Source: an uncultured Planctomycetota bacterium
Lineage (GTDB): Bacteria > Planctomycetota > Planctomycetia > Isosphaerales > Isosphaeraceae
Length of the DNA stretch: 64,000 nucleotides
Direction: 5' to 3'
NCBI GenBank assembly: GCA_963823665.1
Contig: CAWGMQ010000005.1
Coordinates: forward strand, 64,001-128,000
The stretch's first letter is position 1, and every line of letters begins with the position of its first letter. The position numbers and the translations under genes are program-made. This document shows, piece after piece, positions 42,938 through 54,625 of the stretch. The notes below the pieces were generated by a model, which had not been told where the DNA came from, searched no databases, and worked only from the letters and a program-made list of their open reading frames with translations.

Positions 42938-45190
42938 ATGACGAATTTCGTTCGCTTGGTCCAATTCGCGTGGCGCTATCGGGTCCGCTTCGGGCTGTCG
43001 ATCGGCTGCGCCGCCATGGTGGCCTTGCTGTTCTTCACCGAGCTAGGGGCCGTCTATCCCCTGTTGCACATTCTTTTTGACAGCCAAAATCCGAAGCGCT
43101 GGGTATCCGAAAAAATTGTCTCGATCGAGGATGAGATCGTCATTCTCGATGCACGCGCGGTGGAAGCCAATATTGCGTTTCAAGTTATGCATGGCGGCGA
43201 GCGCGTTCACGACTTGCTCAAGGAGCGTCTGGAAACGCTACGCAACGATCATAAATCGAAGGCGGATGTACTCGAAGCGCGTGAGCACCAGCTCGGTCTC
43301 ACGGAGATCAACGAGACGATCGGTGAGTCTCGGCGGCCCGAGATGGTCGAGCTCGATGGACTGCGCCACGCCGTGCGCCTGGCCGACTGGCGGCTCAAGG
43401 AGTTACGCGAATGCCGGCGGCTGCTGGATAGAGACGGCAGCGCCGGGCTTTCGCGCCGACTGCGCGACATTGCGCAGGAGAAGGCCGATCGAGCCCGAGT
43501 GCTCGCGCGGTTACCAGCGTCGCTCAGCCGTACATCAATCGCTATCTGCCCGACGAGCCCTACACGAGTTTGCTGCTCTTGATGGGGCTTGTGATGGTTG
43601 GCGTGGCCTTCAAGGGCTTCTTCATGTTTCTGCAGGAGACGCTCGTCGCATCGGTCATGCAGCTCACGCTTTTTGACATCCGCAACGTGTTCTTTCGGCG
43701 CACGATCAACCTGGATCTTGCGAGCTTTTCGGACCAGGGCTCTTCGGAGCTGATGACCCGCTTCACGAATGACATGGACTCATTCGGTCAGGGGCTCAAT
43801 ACCTTGATGAGCAAGGTGATCCGGGAACCGCTTCGATTCGCAAGCTGTTTGGGCGGAGCACTTTGGTTCAACTGGCGGCTCACGTGCTTGACCCTGATTC
43901 TGGTGCCGATCTCTGGAGCTACGACCTACCGCGTGGGCAGGATCATGAAGCGGGCGGTGAGGCGGTCGCTCGAGAGTATGTCGACGATCTACAAGATCCT
44001 CCAGGAGAGCTTCCAGGGCATCAAGGTGATCAAGGCGTTCTGCACCGAGCGGGTCGAGCGCAGGCGGTTCTTCGGCGAGACCAAGAACCTGTACAAGAAG
44101 AGCGTGCGAGTGGCGATGATCGACGCGATGAGCGACCCGGTTCTCGAGATGCTGACGCTGCTCGACGGTGGTCATCGCTCTGCTGGCTGGCTCGTATCTG
44201 GTCCTCAACCACACGATCTACCTTGAATCTCGGATTGTTCCGGCTTGCAGCTTGCCGCCGAGCCGATGGCGATCCAGGACTTGCTCACGCTTTACACCAT
44301 GCTGGCGGCGGCGGCCGACCCGATTCGAAAGCTGGCGAACGTGCACTCGAAGATCCAGCGGGCTGCGGCGGCGGCGGACCGGATCTGTGCGCTGATGGAC
44401 CGGCGGCCCAAGGTTGCGGAAAACAAGCGCGGACCGCGGCTGCCGCGGCATCGGCATAGCATCGAGATTGACGAACGTGACCTTCGGCTACCGGAACGCA
44501 GTGCCCGTCGTGTCTGGTATCAACCTTACCGTCCGGCACGGGGAAACGATCGCGCTGGTGGGCCCCAACGGCTGCGGCAAGACCACCCTCATGAACCTTG
44601 TGCCGCGGTTCTGGGACGTCGACTCGGGGGCCATTCGAATCGACGGCCACGACATCCGGGACATCCAGCTCCGGAGTCTGCGCACCCAGATCGGCATGGT
44701 GATTCAGGAAACGATCCTGTTTCAGGACACGATCGCCAACAACATCGCGTACGGTTTCACGCATGCCAGCCGAGCCGACGTCGAGCGGGCGGCCGAGCGG
44801 GCTTACGCCCACCAGTTCATCACGGCGCTGCCGCGGGGATACGACACGTTGATCGGCGAACGCGGCTACGGACTCTCCGGGGGTCAGCGGCAGCGAATCG
44901 CGCTGGCGCGGGCCATGCTGCGCGATCCGGCCATCCTGATTCTCGACGAGGCGACGAGCGCCGTTGATATTCAGGACGAGGTGCTGATTCGCAAAGCGAT
45001 CGAGGAATTCACCAAAGGCCGCACGACGTTTCTGATCTCCCACAGCCTGGCGTCGATCCAGGTTGCGGATCGCATCGTGCTGCTGGACGGTGGCCGGATC
45101 GAGGCGATCGGCACCGACATCGAGCTCAAGCGCACATCGGCCCTCTATCGCCGACTGCACGAAATTCACTACCACCGCGAGACGGCGTGA
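42938..45190 (+). CDS. MsbA-like ABC exporter (TMD+NBD) with a large coiled-coil insertion; about three frameshifts
   Basis: LMTRFTND, ESFQGIKVIKAF; Walker A GPNGCGKTT, signature LSGGQRQR, Walker B ILILDEATS. Confidence 0.85.
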
Positions 45191-45248
45191 ATCAGGCCTG
45201 GTTCAAACGTAGCGAGAGTAGGGTCACACCCGCGATGTTTCACCGCAC

Positions 45249-45311
45249 GTAGGGTGGGTGCAACCCACCACCCCATATCGTATTACGACCGGTGGGTTGC
45301 ACCCAGCCAAC
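45249..45311. repeat. GTAG-type REP pair (REPIN-like)
   Basis: GTAGGGTGGGTGCAACCCACC, 21-nt spacer, then the inverted copy GGTGGGTTGCACCCAGCCAAC. Confidence 0.7.
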
Positions 45312-45635
45312 GTACTGGCGCCCATCAACGGTGTTACCTTAGCGTCGCTTCCGTTGAACCACGCCCCGGCGACCCCTTGCTTTTGAGAGTCACGGAGGGA
45401 GAAAATTGTAAGAGTGCATTGTTCTGGCGCGGCAGGTTGGCGTCACATCGCCCGTTCTTCCCCGTATGAGTTAGGTGGTTGGAATCACGCCGCCTTGCAC
45501 GCAATCGTCTGCGCGACCGGGGATGCAGGACTTCAAAGAGGGCGGCGTGCGGGGCAAGCGGCACCGCGACAGGACGTTGAGAAGCTCGGCCGGGCTTTCG
45601 CGTAGATGGCTGATCGCGAACTCTGGATCTAAGGA

Positions 45636-47307
45636 ATGATTTCCATGGAAACACGGCAGGCGCGATTCGCTCCGGCGAGTGGCGGTGCGATCAAGTGGGT
45701 CGCGGTTGGGTATGCGGTTGTCGTCGCGGCTGCTCTTTCGAGCGGCATGCTGGCGCGTGGTGGTGACGACTCGACGAAAACGAGCCGCAAGGAGATTGGG
45801 TCGAATTCCGCTTTCATCGACAAGTTGATCGAGGACGGATGGAAGAAGGCGGGAGTGAAGCCGGGGAAGGTGGCCTCGGACGAAGAATTCATGCGCCGCG
45901 TGTACGTTGACATGCTGGGCCGAATTCCGAACGTGCAAGAGGCCCGGGCGTTTCTGGGGACGAAGGAATCGGGCAAGCGGGCGAAGCTGATCGAGTATCT
46001 CCTCGAGCATCCCGACTTCGGCAACAATTTCGCGACTCAGTGGACGATCTTGCTGATCGGTCGCGGCAATCAGGGCATGATGGTTGACCGGGGAGCACTG
46101 TCGAGCTGGCTGCGAAAGCAGTTTGCTACTGATCGGCCGTGGAACGAGGTGGTGCGGGAGCTGGTGTCGGCGAAGGGATCGAACAAGGAGAACGGGGCGG
46201 TCAATTACGTCCTGGCCCATCTCGAGTTTGATGCTGTGCCGCTCACGTCGCGAACGACCCGGCTATTTCTCGGGCAGCAGGTCCAATGCACGCAGTGCCA
46301 TGACCACCCGTCGAACGACTGGAAACAAGGCGATTTTTGGGGGATCAACGCGTTCTTCAAGGGGATCAAAGCGGAGCGCGTGACGGCCCCCAGCGCAACT
46401 GGCCAGGAGGCGTATGACCACACCGACGTGAGCGACATGCCCACGGATACCTACGCGCGGTTTGACCGCCGCGACGGGATGGTGGGAATTGCGTTCCCGC
46501 GGTTCCTGGATGGTCGCAAGATCAGTCAGGGGGAGGATGTCGATCGCCGTGTCGAGCTCGCAAAACTGATCGCCGACCCGGATAACCAGGCGATGGCCAA
46601 GGCCTTCGTCAACCGAACGTGGGCCCACTTCCTCGGGCGAGGCTTCGTGGAGCCGGTTGATGACTTCGGACCTCACAATCCCCCGAGTAATCCGGAGCTG
46701 CTGGACCAGATCGCGAAGGAGTTCAAGGAGAGCGGGTACAGCCTCAAGAAGCTGTGCCGATGGATCACGAACTCGCGCCCGTATCAGCTCAGCTAGCGTG
46801 AAAGTTCGCCCTTCGGACAAAGAGGAGGGTCTTTTCTGCCAGATGCAGACCAAGCCCATGACCCCCGAGCAGTTCTTCGATTCGCTGGTCACGGCGACGA
46901 GGGCTCATCGGTCCGGCGTCGGCGGTGCCGAGGAGAACAAGAAGCGCGATGCTTGGCTCAGACAGTTCCTCTTCACGTTCGCCAACGACGAAGCCGAGGA
47001 GTCGACGAATTTCCAGGGCACGATCCCGCAGGCGCTCATGATGATGAACGGCCAAATGATGCAAGAAGCCCTTTCCGGTAAGCCGGGGAGCTTCCTCGGA
47101 GAGATATGTGAACAGGCTGGAAACTCGAGATCTCCTGCGGCATTCATGGTTGATTCGATCTATCTGGCGGCGCTCAGCCGGCATCCGAATGGCAAGGAGG
47201 TCACACAGGCGAAGGAGTACTTCGACTCGTACCCGGATAGTCTTCAGATCTTGCAGGATTTGTTCTGGGCACTGCTGAACTCGAATGAGTTTGTCCTGGT
47301 TCATTGA
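45636..47307 (+). CDS. DUF1549/DUF1553 protein; frameshift near 46795
   Basis: DEEFMRRVYVDMLGRIP, QCTQCHDHP, VNRTWAHFLGRGFVEPVDD, PSNPELLD, QALMMMNG, DLFWALLNSNEF. Confidence 0.9.
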
Positions 47308-47392
47308 AGTTTCACCCGGCATGCCGGCCGGCACATCGCGACTTTGCGAGGTGCGTGGGCCGCGCAAGCACCTTGGGCAAAGAGGGGATCCC

Positions 47393-48680
47393 ATGTCAGA
47401 GACTTCGCGATTTCTTGGCGGGATGACGCGGCGGCACTGGATGGGGCATCTTGCTTCCACGGCGCTGGGGATTCCGGCGATCCAGTTCTTCTCGTCGCTT
47501 GACGCCTCGGCCCAGCAGCTTCGCAAGACCAACCGGAGCTGCATCGTGCTCTGGATGGGGGGAGGCCCGAGCCATCTCGACATCTGGGACTTGAAGCCCG
47601 ACAGCGAGAAGAACGCCGGCGAGTTCAGACCGATTGACACCTCGGCGCCGGGCGTGAAGATCACGCAGCACCTGCCCAAGGTCGCCAAGCAGATGCATCA
47701 CCTGAACATCATTCGATCGCTGGATTCCAAGGAAGGCAACCACGACCGCGGCACGTACATGATGCACACCGGGATACACGCCCAACCCGACGGTTGTGCA
47801 CCCGGGCTTCGGATCATACTGCGCGGTCGAGCTGGGCGAGAAGCTGCAGAACTTCGACCTCCCGCACTGCGTTGCGATCAATTCGCCCAGCGTGGCTGCG
47901 GGGTTCCTGGGAATGTCGTACGCTCCGTTCGTCGTGCAAAACCCGAACGCGCCGATCGCCAATCTCAAGCCCGCGGCCGACGTCAACGATCTGAGGATGC
48001 GGCGGCGGCTGCATATGCTGGCGGGCGTGGAGAGGCAATTTGCGGTGACGCGTGCCAGCCAGTCGGCCGTCGATCACAAGGCGGTGTACGAGAAGACTCT
48101 TCGCATGATGACTTCGCAGCATCAAGACAGCTTCAACCTTGAGCGGGAGCCGGCCGATGTGCGCGACAAGTACGGGCGCGGCTCATTTGGCTCGGGCTGT
48201 CTCATGGCCCGGCGGCTGGTCGAGCGCGGTGTGACGTACGTGGAGGTTTCGCTGGACGGCTGGGACACGCACGCCAATAACTTCACGACGCTCTCGAATC
48301 GGCTCCTCCCCGAACTGGACAAGGGGATGTCGTCCCTCGTCGCTGACCTGGCCGAGCGCCGGCTGCTCGACACCACGACAATCGTCTGGATGGGTGAATT
48401 TGGCCGCACTCCCCGGATCAATCAGAACGCCGGCCGCGATCACTGGCCGCGGAGCTGGTCGGTTGTCGTGGGTGGCGGCGGCATGAAGGGGGGTCAAGTT
48501 GTCGGCGCGACCGACAAAGACGGAATCGAGGTCGTCGACCGTCCGGTCGGGGTGATGGACTTGATCGCCACCATGACGAAGGGCATGGGAATCAACGTCG
48601 CCACTCAGTTCACGACCCCGCGCGGCCGGCCGATCAAGATCGTAGACGGCGGCAAGCCGATCCAGGAGCTGTTTGGTTGA
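47393..48680 (+). CDS. DUF1501 family protein; frameshift near 47773
   Basis: TRRHW; LWMGGGPSHLDIWDLKP, CLMARRLVERGV, GWDTH, MGEFGRTPRIN, GRDHWP. Confidence 0.9.
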
Positions 48681-48966
48681 CTCTGACCATGCTGACGCTC
48701 GGGCCCGGCGCGACAGGCTTGGGCCCGTGCCGGATCATCAGCTTCCAGACCGCGGCCAGAAACAGCAGCGCCACAACGATGGCCGCGGCCCAGAGCATCG
48801 CGCGCACGACACCCGACATGGGAGACGCGGGTGTCTCTCGCAGGTAAACCGGGAAGGGCTTCGTCGACCGCCCTCGCACCTCAGGTTCGGCTTTGGCGAA
48901 GACCTCATGGGATCGCGACTTGATCGAGATTTCCTGCTCGTGCAGGTTGCGTGATTCAGAAGGCAT
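48634..48966 (-). CDS. Small single-TM hypothetical protein
   Basis: KPFPVYLRETPA then MLWAAAIVVALLFLAAVW; follows the methyltransferase on the same strand. Confidence 0.55.
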   Translation of the reverse strand: MPSESRNLHEQEISIKSRSHEVFAKAEPEVRGRSTKPFPVYLRETPASPMSGVVRAMLWAAAIVVALLFLAAVWKLMIRHGPKPVAPGPSVSMVRVNQTAPGSACRRLRS

Positions 48967-49146
48967 GGCACAGTGCCTACAGCGGCGCGGAACTAGAGGC
49001 GGCCTGGATTCTGACGCTCGAAAGGCATCAAATCGACTTCTAAGCCTAGCACGCCGGGCTCACGATTGGGAGAGCGGATTGGCGCGATCCGGCTCCTCCG
49101 TGGTAGGGTTGATACCGAAATCCGGAAGTTAATGCCGACCTGTTCC

Positions 49147-49950
49147 TCAGACGCGTGCTCGGAAGAACCAGTCCCAGCTCGGCGGAAATGCGGCGAGAAC
49201 CCCGCCGCTGGCGAGGTTCTCATCCCAAGGATAGAGCACTTTTTTGAGCACGGGCGCGGAAAACCCGGCCTTTTTCAAACGGTACTCGATCTCGAACGGC
49301 TGCCAGAACTTCTGTCTCAGGCCTTCGAATTGAAACCTTCCGAAAGCGAAGTCGTACTGTCGGCGCTCGACGTGGAGGGCGGCCAGCTTTTCCGCCTCGA
49401 CGAGCGGAAAGCCCTGGTCGAGAGAGCGGTCGATCAAGAGCATCATGTGGTAATAGATGGCGTCGATCGACGGGACAACCCCCATGAAGAGCCCGTCCGA
49501 CTTCAAGCTTTTGCGAATCGCGCACAGCGTGCGGTCAATCAGCCGCACGTCAGGCATGACCAGGGAATTGACGGCGACAGCAACGTCGATCTTGCCCGCA
49601 AGATCGTCGAGCTCGTGCATCGCCCGCTCGAGAAAAGTGACCCTGGCCAGTGTATCGCTCTCGAGCCGGCTTCGCGCGCGCCGGAGCATATCGGGGGCGA
49701 AGTCAAGCGCGACCACGGATTGGAACTGGTCCGCGAGGTGAGGGAGCAGGGTGCCAGTGCCGCAGCCGAGATCAGCCGCGGTCTTGCGCTTGGCGGCTGG
49801 GATTTCCGCCAGCTCTTCCCAGAGTGGGTTGACGACGTCGGGCCCGTACGGGTCGAGAAAGATCTCGTCGTAACGCGCTTCCTGGCGGTTCCAGTGCTCG
49901 GCCTGCTTTTGGATGGGTTCTTTGGCCAAGGGACAGTCGAAGCTCCCCAT
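49147..49950 (-). CDS. Class I SAM-dependent methyltransferase
   Basis: ADLGCGTG, VVALDFAPDML, IDVAVAVNS, LKSDG. Confidence 0.85.
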   Translation of the reverse strand: MGSFDCPLAKEPIQKQAEHWNRQEARYDEIFLDPYGPDVVNPLWEELAEIPAAKRKTAADLGCGTGTLLPHLADQFQSVVALDFAPDMLRRARSRLESDTLARVTFLERAMHELDDLAGKIDVAVAVNSLVMPDVRLIDRTLCAIRKSLKSDGLFMGVVPSIDAIYYHMMLLIDRSLDQGFPLVEAEKLAALHVERRQYDFAFGRFQFEGLRQKFWQPFEIEYRLKKAGFSAPVLKKVLYPWDENLASGGVLAAFPPSWDWFFRARV

Positions 49951-50025
49951 GCTCGGAACGGTGTTCGTCGCGTGCCGACTTTCGCTTCTGGCAATCGCGG
50001 ATTCACGGTACCATCGTAGTACAGT

Positions 50026-50568
50026 TCAATCTTTTTTTGCCGGCTCCGAAACCCCGGTGACCGGACTCACCCGCACGATGTCAATCCTCGCACTTCGTGA
50101 CGCGCCCATGACATCGCGGCGATACCATTCCGGGTAGCCGAGCTCGGGGTTTGGCTTGAATTTCATCACAATCGTGGTGCCCTTGGGTTCGTCGAACGGG
50201 CGGTCTTGCTTGAGCTGGGCCAGCTCGTCGGCAATCGTGGTGAAGATCCCATCGACGCTGTAATATCGGGGCGCAGCAATCCGAAGCTCGGTTCGCTCGC
50301 CTTGAGGCCCGATTCCTTCAACTTTCTTCACAGCGCCGTCGCGCACGGTCACGAAGAAGTGGCCGTGAGCCGGTGCGGTGGTGTACTCGAGGTCGTAGTC
50401 GCGAATTCCAGCCTTGGACCAGATTTGCCGGGCCGCAACGATCTTCTCAGCCGTGACATTTTCGCCCCCGGAGCAGCCTGTCCCGAAGCATGCCGTAAGG
50501 ACGCCGAGGAGGAACAGCACCGTAGACCGGAGCAGTCGCTCACGTAAGCTATGTCTCATGATGAACAT
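50026..50568 (-). CDS. DUF6174-like lipoprotein
   Basis: Lipobox GTGC; AARQIWSKAGIRDYDLEY, VTVRDG, SVDGIF, PELGYP. Confidence 0.65.
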   Translation of the reverse strand: MFIMRHSLRERLLRSTVLFLLGVLTACFGTGCSGGENVTAEKIVAARQIWSKAGIRDYDLEYTTAPAHGHFFVTVRDGAVKKVEGIGPQGERTELRIAAPRYYSVDGIFTTIADELAQLKQDRPFDEPKGTTIVMKFKPNPELGYPEWYRRDVMGASRSARIDIVRVSPVTGVSEPAKKD

Positions 50569-50887
50569 TGCTCGCAGAAAATGCTTGCTCGGCGCGTCTT
50601 GCGGATGATGCGCCCGCGTATGCGTGCCGCTTTCCCCGCAGGATCGTCGATGAACGAGCCCCGACCGACCTGTGCGCTTCTCCAGAATGCCAGGAGAACA
50701 ACGAATTCGCCAGCCCGTCGTCTGCAGTTGTTGTTCGAGGTAAGAGTCGGTACTTTGAAGAGAGCGCCTCCGACGATCGGGTTCGGGGCGGAACTTACTT
50801 CGCAGTTGCGGCCCGATTGAACTTCCGTCCGCGGCAACCAGGACCGACGCTCCGCCCGCTCATCGCCTACCAACCAGGACTCACTTC

Positions 50888-51388
50888 ATGTTGCGCCCCC
50901 GTCGCTACGCCCTCGCATTGGCCTTTACCACGCCCCTGCTCGCCCTTTCCGCCGGTTGCGGCGAGGAGCCCTCAAACAAGCCGAGGGTCGAGGCTCGTGA
51001 CACGCTCCACAAGACCACCCAGAATGTCTACGAGCTGAAGGCCGAGCTTGCCAAGGGCGCCATACTCGCCGACACCGAGATCCAGGTTGCCGATCCCCTT
51101 ACACAGGCCGCCGATGCCTACCGCACCACGGTGGCCAAAGGCGGCAAGATGAGGGTCCAGATGGACATGGCGATGTACGAGGCGACCAACGGCGAAAAGC
51201 CGAAAACGTACGAAGAGTTCATGGAAAAGATCATCAAGAAGGGCAATGCCGACGGCATCCAGCTCCCGATGCTCCCCTATTACCAGGAATACGCGTACGA
51301 CGTCGATAAGAAGGAGCTCGTCGTCATCGAGTACCCCGCGAAAAAGAAGGCGATGCAGGAGCAGAGCGACAAGGACCACGGCCGTTAG
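50888..51388 (+). CDS. Lipoprotein of unknown function
   Basis: Lipobox LSAGC; MYEATNGEKPKTYEEFMEKII..LPMLP..YAYD. Confidence 0.7.
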   Translation: MLRPRRYALALAFTTPLLALSAGCGEEPSNKPRVEARDTLHKTTQNVYELKAELAKGAILADTEIQVADPLTQAADAYRTTVAKGGKMRVQMDMAMYEATNGEKPKTYEEFMEKIIKKGNADGIQLPMLPYYQEYAYDVDKKELVVIEYPAKKKAMQEQSDKDHGR

Positions 51389-51417
51389 TCAGGCGACCGA
51401 GGCGCTCGCAGTGGCCG

Positions 51418-52098
51418 TCAGCGATCGTCCGGCTCGAGAGCCATGATCACGTCCGACCGGCCGAGCGCCAGTCCGTTGAGCTTGGGCAGGGCAACCAGAT
51501 CAAAGCCATTGCTGATGTCAAACGCCCAGGTCGCCACGGCCGCCCGCATTCGTGTGCGCCAGGGAAGCTGCTTCCAGACGCTCCTTGCCAGAGCGTCGAT
51601 GGGCGTACTTGACTGCACGATGACCCGGCGCCTTTGCTTGATCGCCGATACGATCCCCTTCAATTGTGGGCTGGTGTCGGGCGAGGCCCCGGATCGAATG
51701 GCGGGCCACGCCTTCAGCCGGCCGGCCGGAAGGGCTCGGTTCTGGTCTTCCGCCTGCCAGTCGTGGCGAAGCTCGTGCTTGAGTCGAAACGGGTCACCAC
51801 CCATCCAGTGATAGGCAAACCGCCCCACGAATAGTGCGTGAAACGCGAGCGCACCTGGCCGGCCGCGGTCATCGCAGCCTTGTGAATGGACTCCGGCCAC
51901 GAGCCATGGCCCACTGTGTAGCCGCAACGCGAAGAGGCCATCGACGTGCGGGGTTCCCGCCGGCGGCTCGCCGAACCGCTGACAGACTGCGCGTAGCTCG
52001 GCCAGCCACTCGGGCCGGCATCCCGTTGAATGCGCGAGCACACCGTAGCCACGGTTCCAGAACGGGAAGCTGCCGTACACCGCCTGCTCGAATCGCAC
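51418..52098 (-). CDS. GAP1-N2-like (GTPase-associated protein 1) domain protein
   Basis: FEQAVYGS..GYGVLAHS.G, G.DDRGRPGALAFHALF, DPF; directly downstream of a TRAFAC GTPase. Confidence 0.6.
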   Translation of the reverse strand: MRFEQAVYGSFPFWNRGYGVLAHSTGCRPEWLAELRAVCQRFGEPPAGTPHVDGLFALRLHSGPWLVAGVHSQGCDDRGRPGALAFHALFVGRFAYHWMGGDPFRLKHELRHDWQAEDQNRALPAGRLKAWPAIRSGASPDTSPQLKGIVSAIKQRRRVIVQSSTPIDALARSVWKQLPWRTRMRAAVATWAFDISNGFDLVALPKLNGLALGRSDVIMALEPDDR

Positions 52099-52210
52099 GG
52101 ATAGACCGCCCTCAAGCAGTCGATCGCCGTCGGCCCGAGCGAGCCCGCGGTCGATAACCAGGGGCCGCGAGCTTCCGGCACTTTCGCCAATATATCCCGT
52201 GGCGCTTCCG

Positions 52211-54596
52211 TTAATCCGGCACGCTCAGTGTCGGCATGGCAAAATCCGACGCGAAAACCAGGGTGGTCTTCCCTCCCTTTGTGGGCGTGACCGTGCCCGA
52301 GAGCACACGTATGGCCAGTGGGTCTCCCTGACGGCTATGGAGCACGTAGACCTCGCTCGCCGACCAGTCGTAATCGATGATGCGCACCGTCACCGGATCG
52401 CCGAGCTTCCAGGTGATGGGCTGGGGGAACGTGTAGTCCCAGACCGGCCGGTGAGAGTCGCGAATGACGGTCGAGGGCCCGTATACGGCGCCGGCGACTT
52501 CGATCACCACGCCCAGGTCGGGTGCCCCTCCGGCGAAATACTTGCCGACGCGCGGCTCGACCTCACCGCGCCGGAGCGTGACGCGGTATTGCCCGGGCAC
52601 GGAGATCTTGTCCCACCATTCCTGATAGCGCTCTGCATCCGCGGCAAACCGGCCGTCGGCATGATCGCGAAGGTAATCCTTCAGCCGCCTGGCGACTTCG
52701 GCGACATCATCGGGATGGGCCTGAGCGTGATCAAACGCCTGGCGGTACGCGTAGACATCCCACTCGCGGAGGATCCGGTCCTTGGCTTCGATCGCCTCGC
52801 TGACAAACCGCCCGCCGGCTTCGTGGTTCTTGAGGTAGTGCTCGAATCGCTCGATCCGCGCCGCGAATCGCGTGGGATTCTTGTGCGAAAACTCGCGGGC
52901 TTCATCGATATCGTGCTCGTCCAGGCGCTTCAGGTACATCTCCAGCCGGCTATTGACCTCTGCGCGAACGGCGCTCGAGGGATGGTCGGTCAGGAACTGA
53001 CGCGCCCGTTCGATCTGGTCGGCGAGCGACATGGTCGGCAGCGACTCCGATCGGACCAGGTCGTCGACGAACTGGCGTTCGACGGCCGTCCGGCGCTTCG
53101 CCAGATCGTCCTTGAGCGTGCGTGCCAGTGCCAGCGCCTCGACCCGGCGCGGCGTGTCTGGATATTCGCGCAAGAAGGCGTCGATGGAGGCGAGCGGTGG
53201 AGCTGGGTCGTCAAGTGCGGCGAGCGAGAGGGCTTCTCCCTGGACGGACTTCCAGCGCTCGTCATGCCTGGTCTGCGCCTGCGCCGCTTCGACCTGCCTG
53301 ATTGCCGGCGCCAGGCGAGGCGCCTGGTCTTTGAGCTGCCCCAGCCTGACCTCGAGATCAGCCGGTGCCGTTCCGTTGGCGACCTGCACGCCCGCTGCTT
53401 TCACTTGCCACTCGTCGCGCTTCTGGCGTGCTGCGCGGCCCTTGTTCGGCCAGAACCATGAGAGCGAGGGATGCCACTCGAGCACCTCGGACCAGCGGCG
53501 CGCGACGGCCGGTGGCGCAGCCTCGCCGGCTCTTTCAAATGCCTGTGCGCTTTCAAACGCGAGCAGGTCCCATCCCGCCAATCCGCCCGCGACGACGATC
53601 GCCGCGGCCGCGAAGCGGGCCAGGCGGCGCCAGCCGCGCCTTCTTTGCAGCTTCTTGAGCCGGTCGAGGAATTCGAAGGAGCGATTGGATCTCGGATAGC
53701 GCTTCTCATAGGCGGCCAGGCACCGCGCGAGGCGCGCGCAAGTCACCGGGTGCCAGCTTCCAGAGCAGCTCCATATCGGCCCGATCGCGTGCCTCGAGCT
53801 GCTCGGCCACCCAGGCCAGCGGCCCTTCGAGCCCAAGTGGATGAAGCTCTGGCGGCGGCTGATTACCCGAGGCCCCGGCGCCGAAGGAGCTGACGGCGAA
53901 CACTCCTCCCTGGGGGGCGTGGGCCGCCAGGGCGTGACGCGTCATGCCATATCGCTCATTGAGCAGCCGCTCAACGAGGCCCGACCACTGGCCCGCCGCA
54001 AACCCGGGGTTCGTCTCAGCGAGCGAGCCCGCCATGACCTGGTCAAACTTCGTCAGGACCAGAGCGATCGGACGGCCGACCCCACCGTCATCGGACCGAT
54101 CGATGTAGCCCTCGAGCAAGCCTTCGACTTCCTGCTGCCGGCGCCTGACCTCCGCGGGATCAGCCGTTGCCGCGGGGTCCAGACACAAGAGCACCGCATC
54201 GCAATCGGCGAAGAACTGATGGATCGACCGATCCGAGCCCAGCGACACGTGTTCGCCTTGATAGTCCTTGAGGATCAGCTCGATGCGAGACGGCCCATGA
54301 TAGAGCCGAAGATTGAGCTCGGTCTCGGCCAGCGTGCCGGCCATCGGCTGGCCCGACTCGATCTGGGCGATCTTCTCGGCGAGGTACTCCGCAGTTCGGG
54401 CGTCAGCCGCGGCCATCCGCATCCCGGCGAAGCGTCCGCTCGACGCTTCGCGATAAAACATCGCCAGGAGAGTGGTCTTGCCCACGTGGCGATGCCCGAA
54501 GAGGGCGACCCGCTTGGGCCCCGTAAGGCGAGCCTCCAGAAGATCGAGCCGGCTCGCGCGGCGCCTCGTCTTGCTCTTGCTCATGTCTCTGTTCAT
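52211..54596 (-). CDS. TRAFAC-clade GTPase + TM + helical repeats + C-terminal C2-like domain; frameshift near 53740
   Basis: G1 GHRHVGKTT, G3 DYQG, G4 TKFD, G5 VSS; TM AAAAIVVAGGLAGW; FLREYP/FLTDHP repeats; APDLGVVIEV..PVWD..VRIIDYD. Confidence 0.75.
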
Positions 54597-54625
54597 GGCG
54601 GGAGCCTGGCTCCAGACCGGTTGTG

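Noticed and set aside
42938..45190. Programmed frameshifting in the ABC transporter and other split genes
   Set aside because: No slippery heptamers noticed; the number and scatter of breaks fit sequencing error
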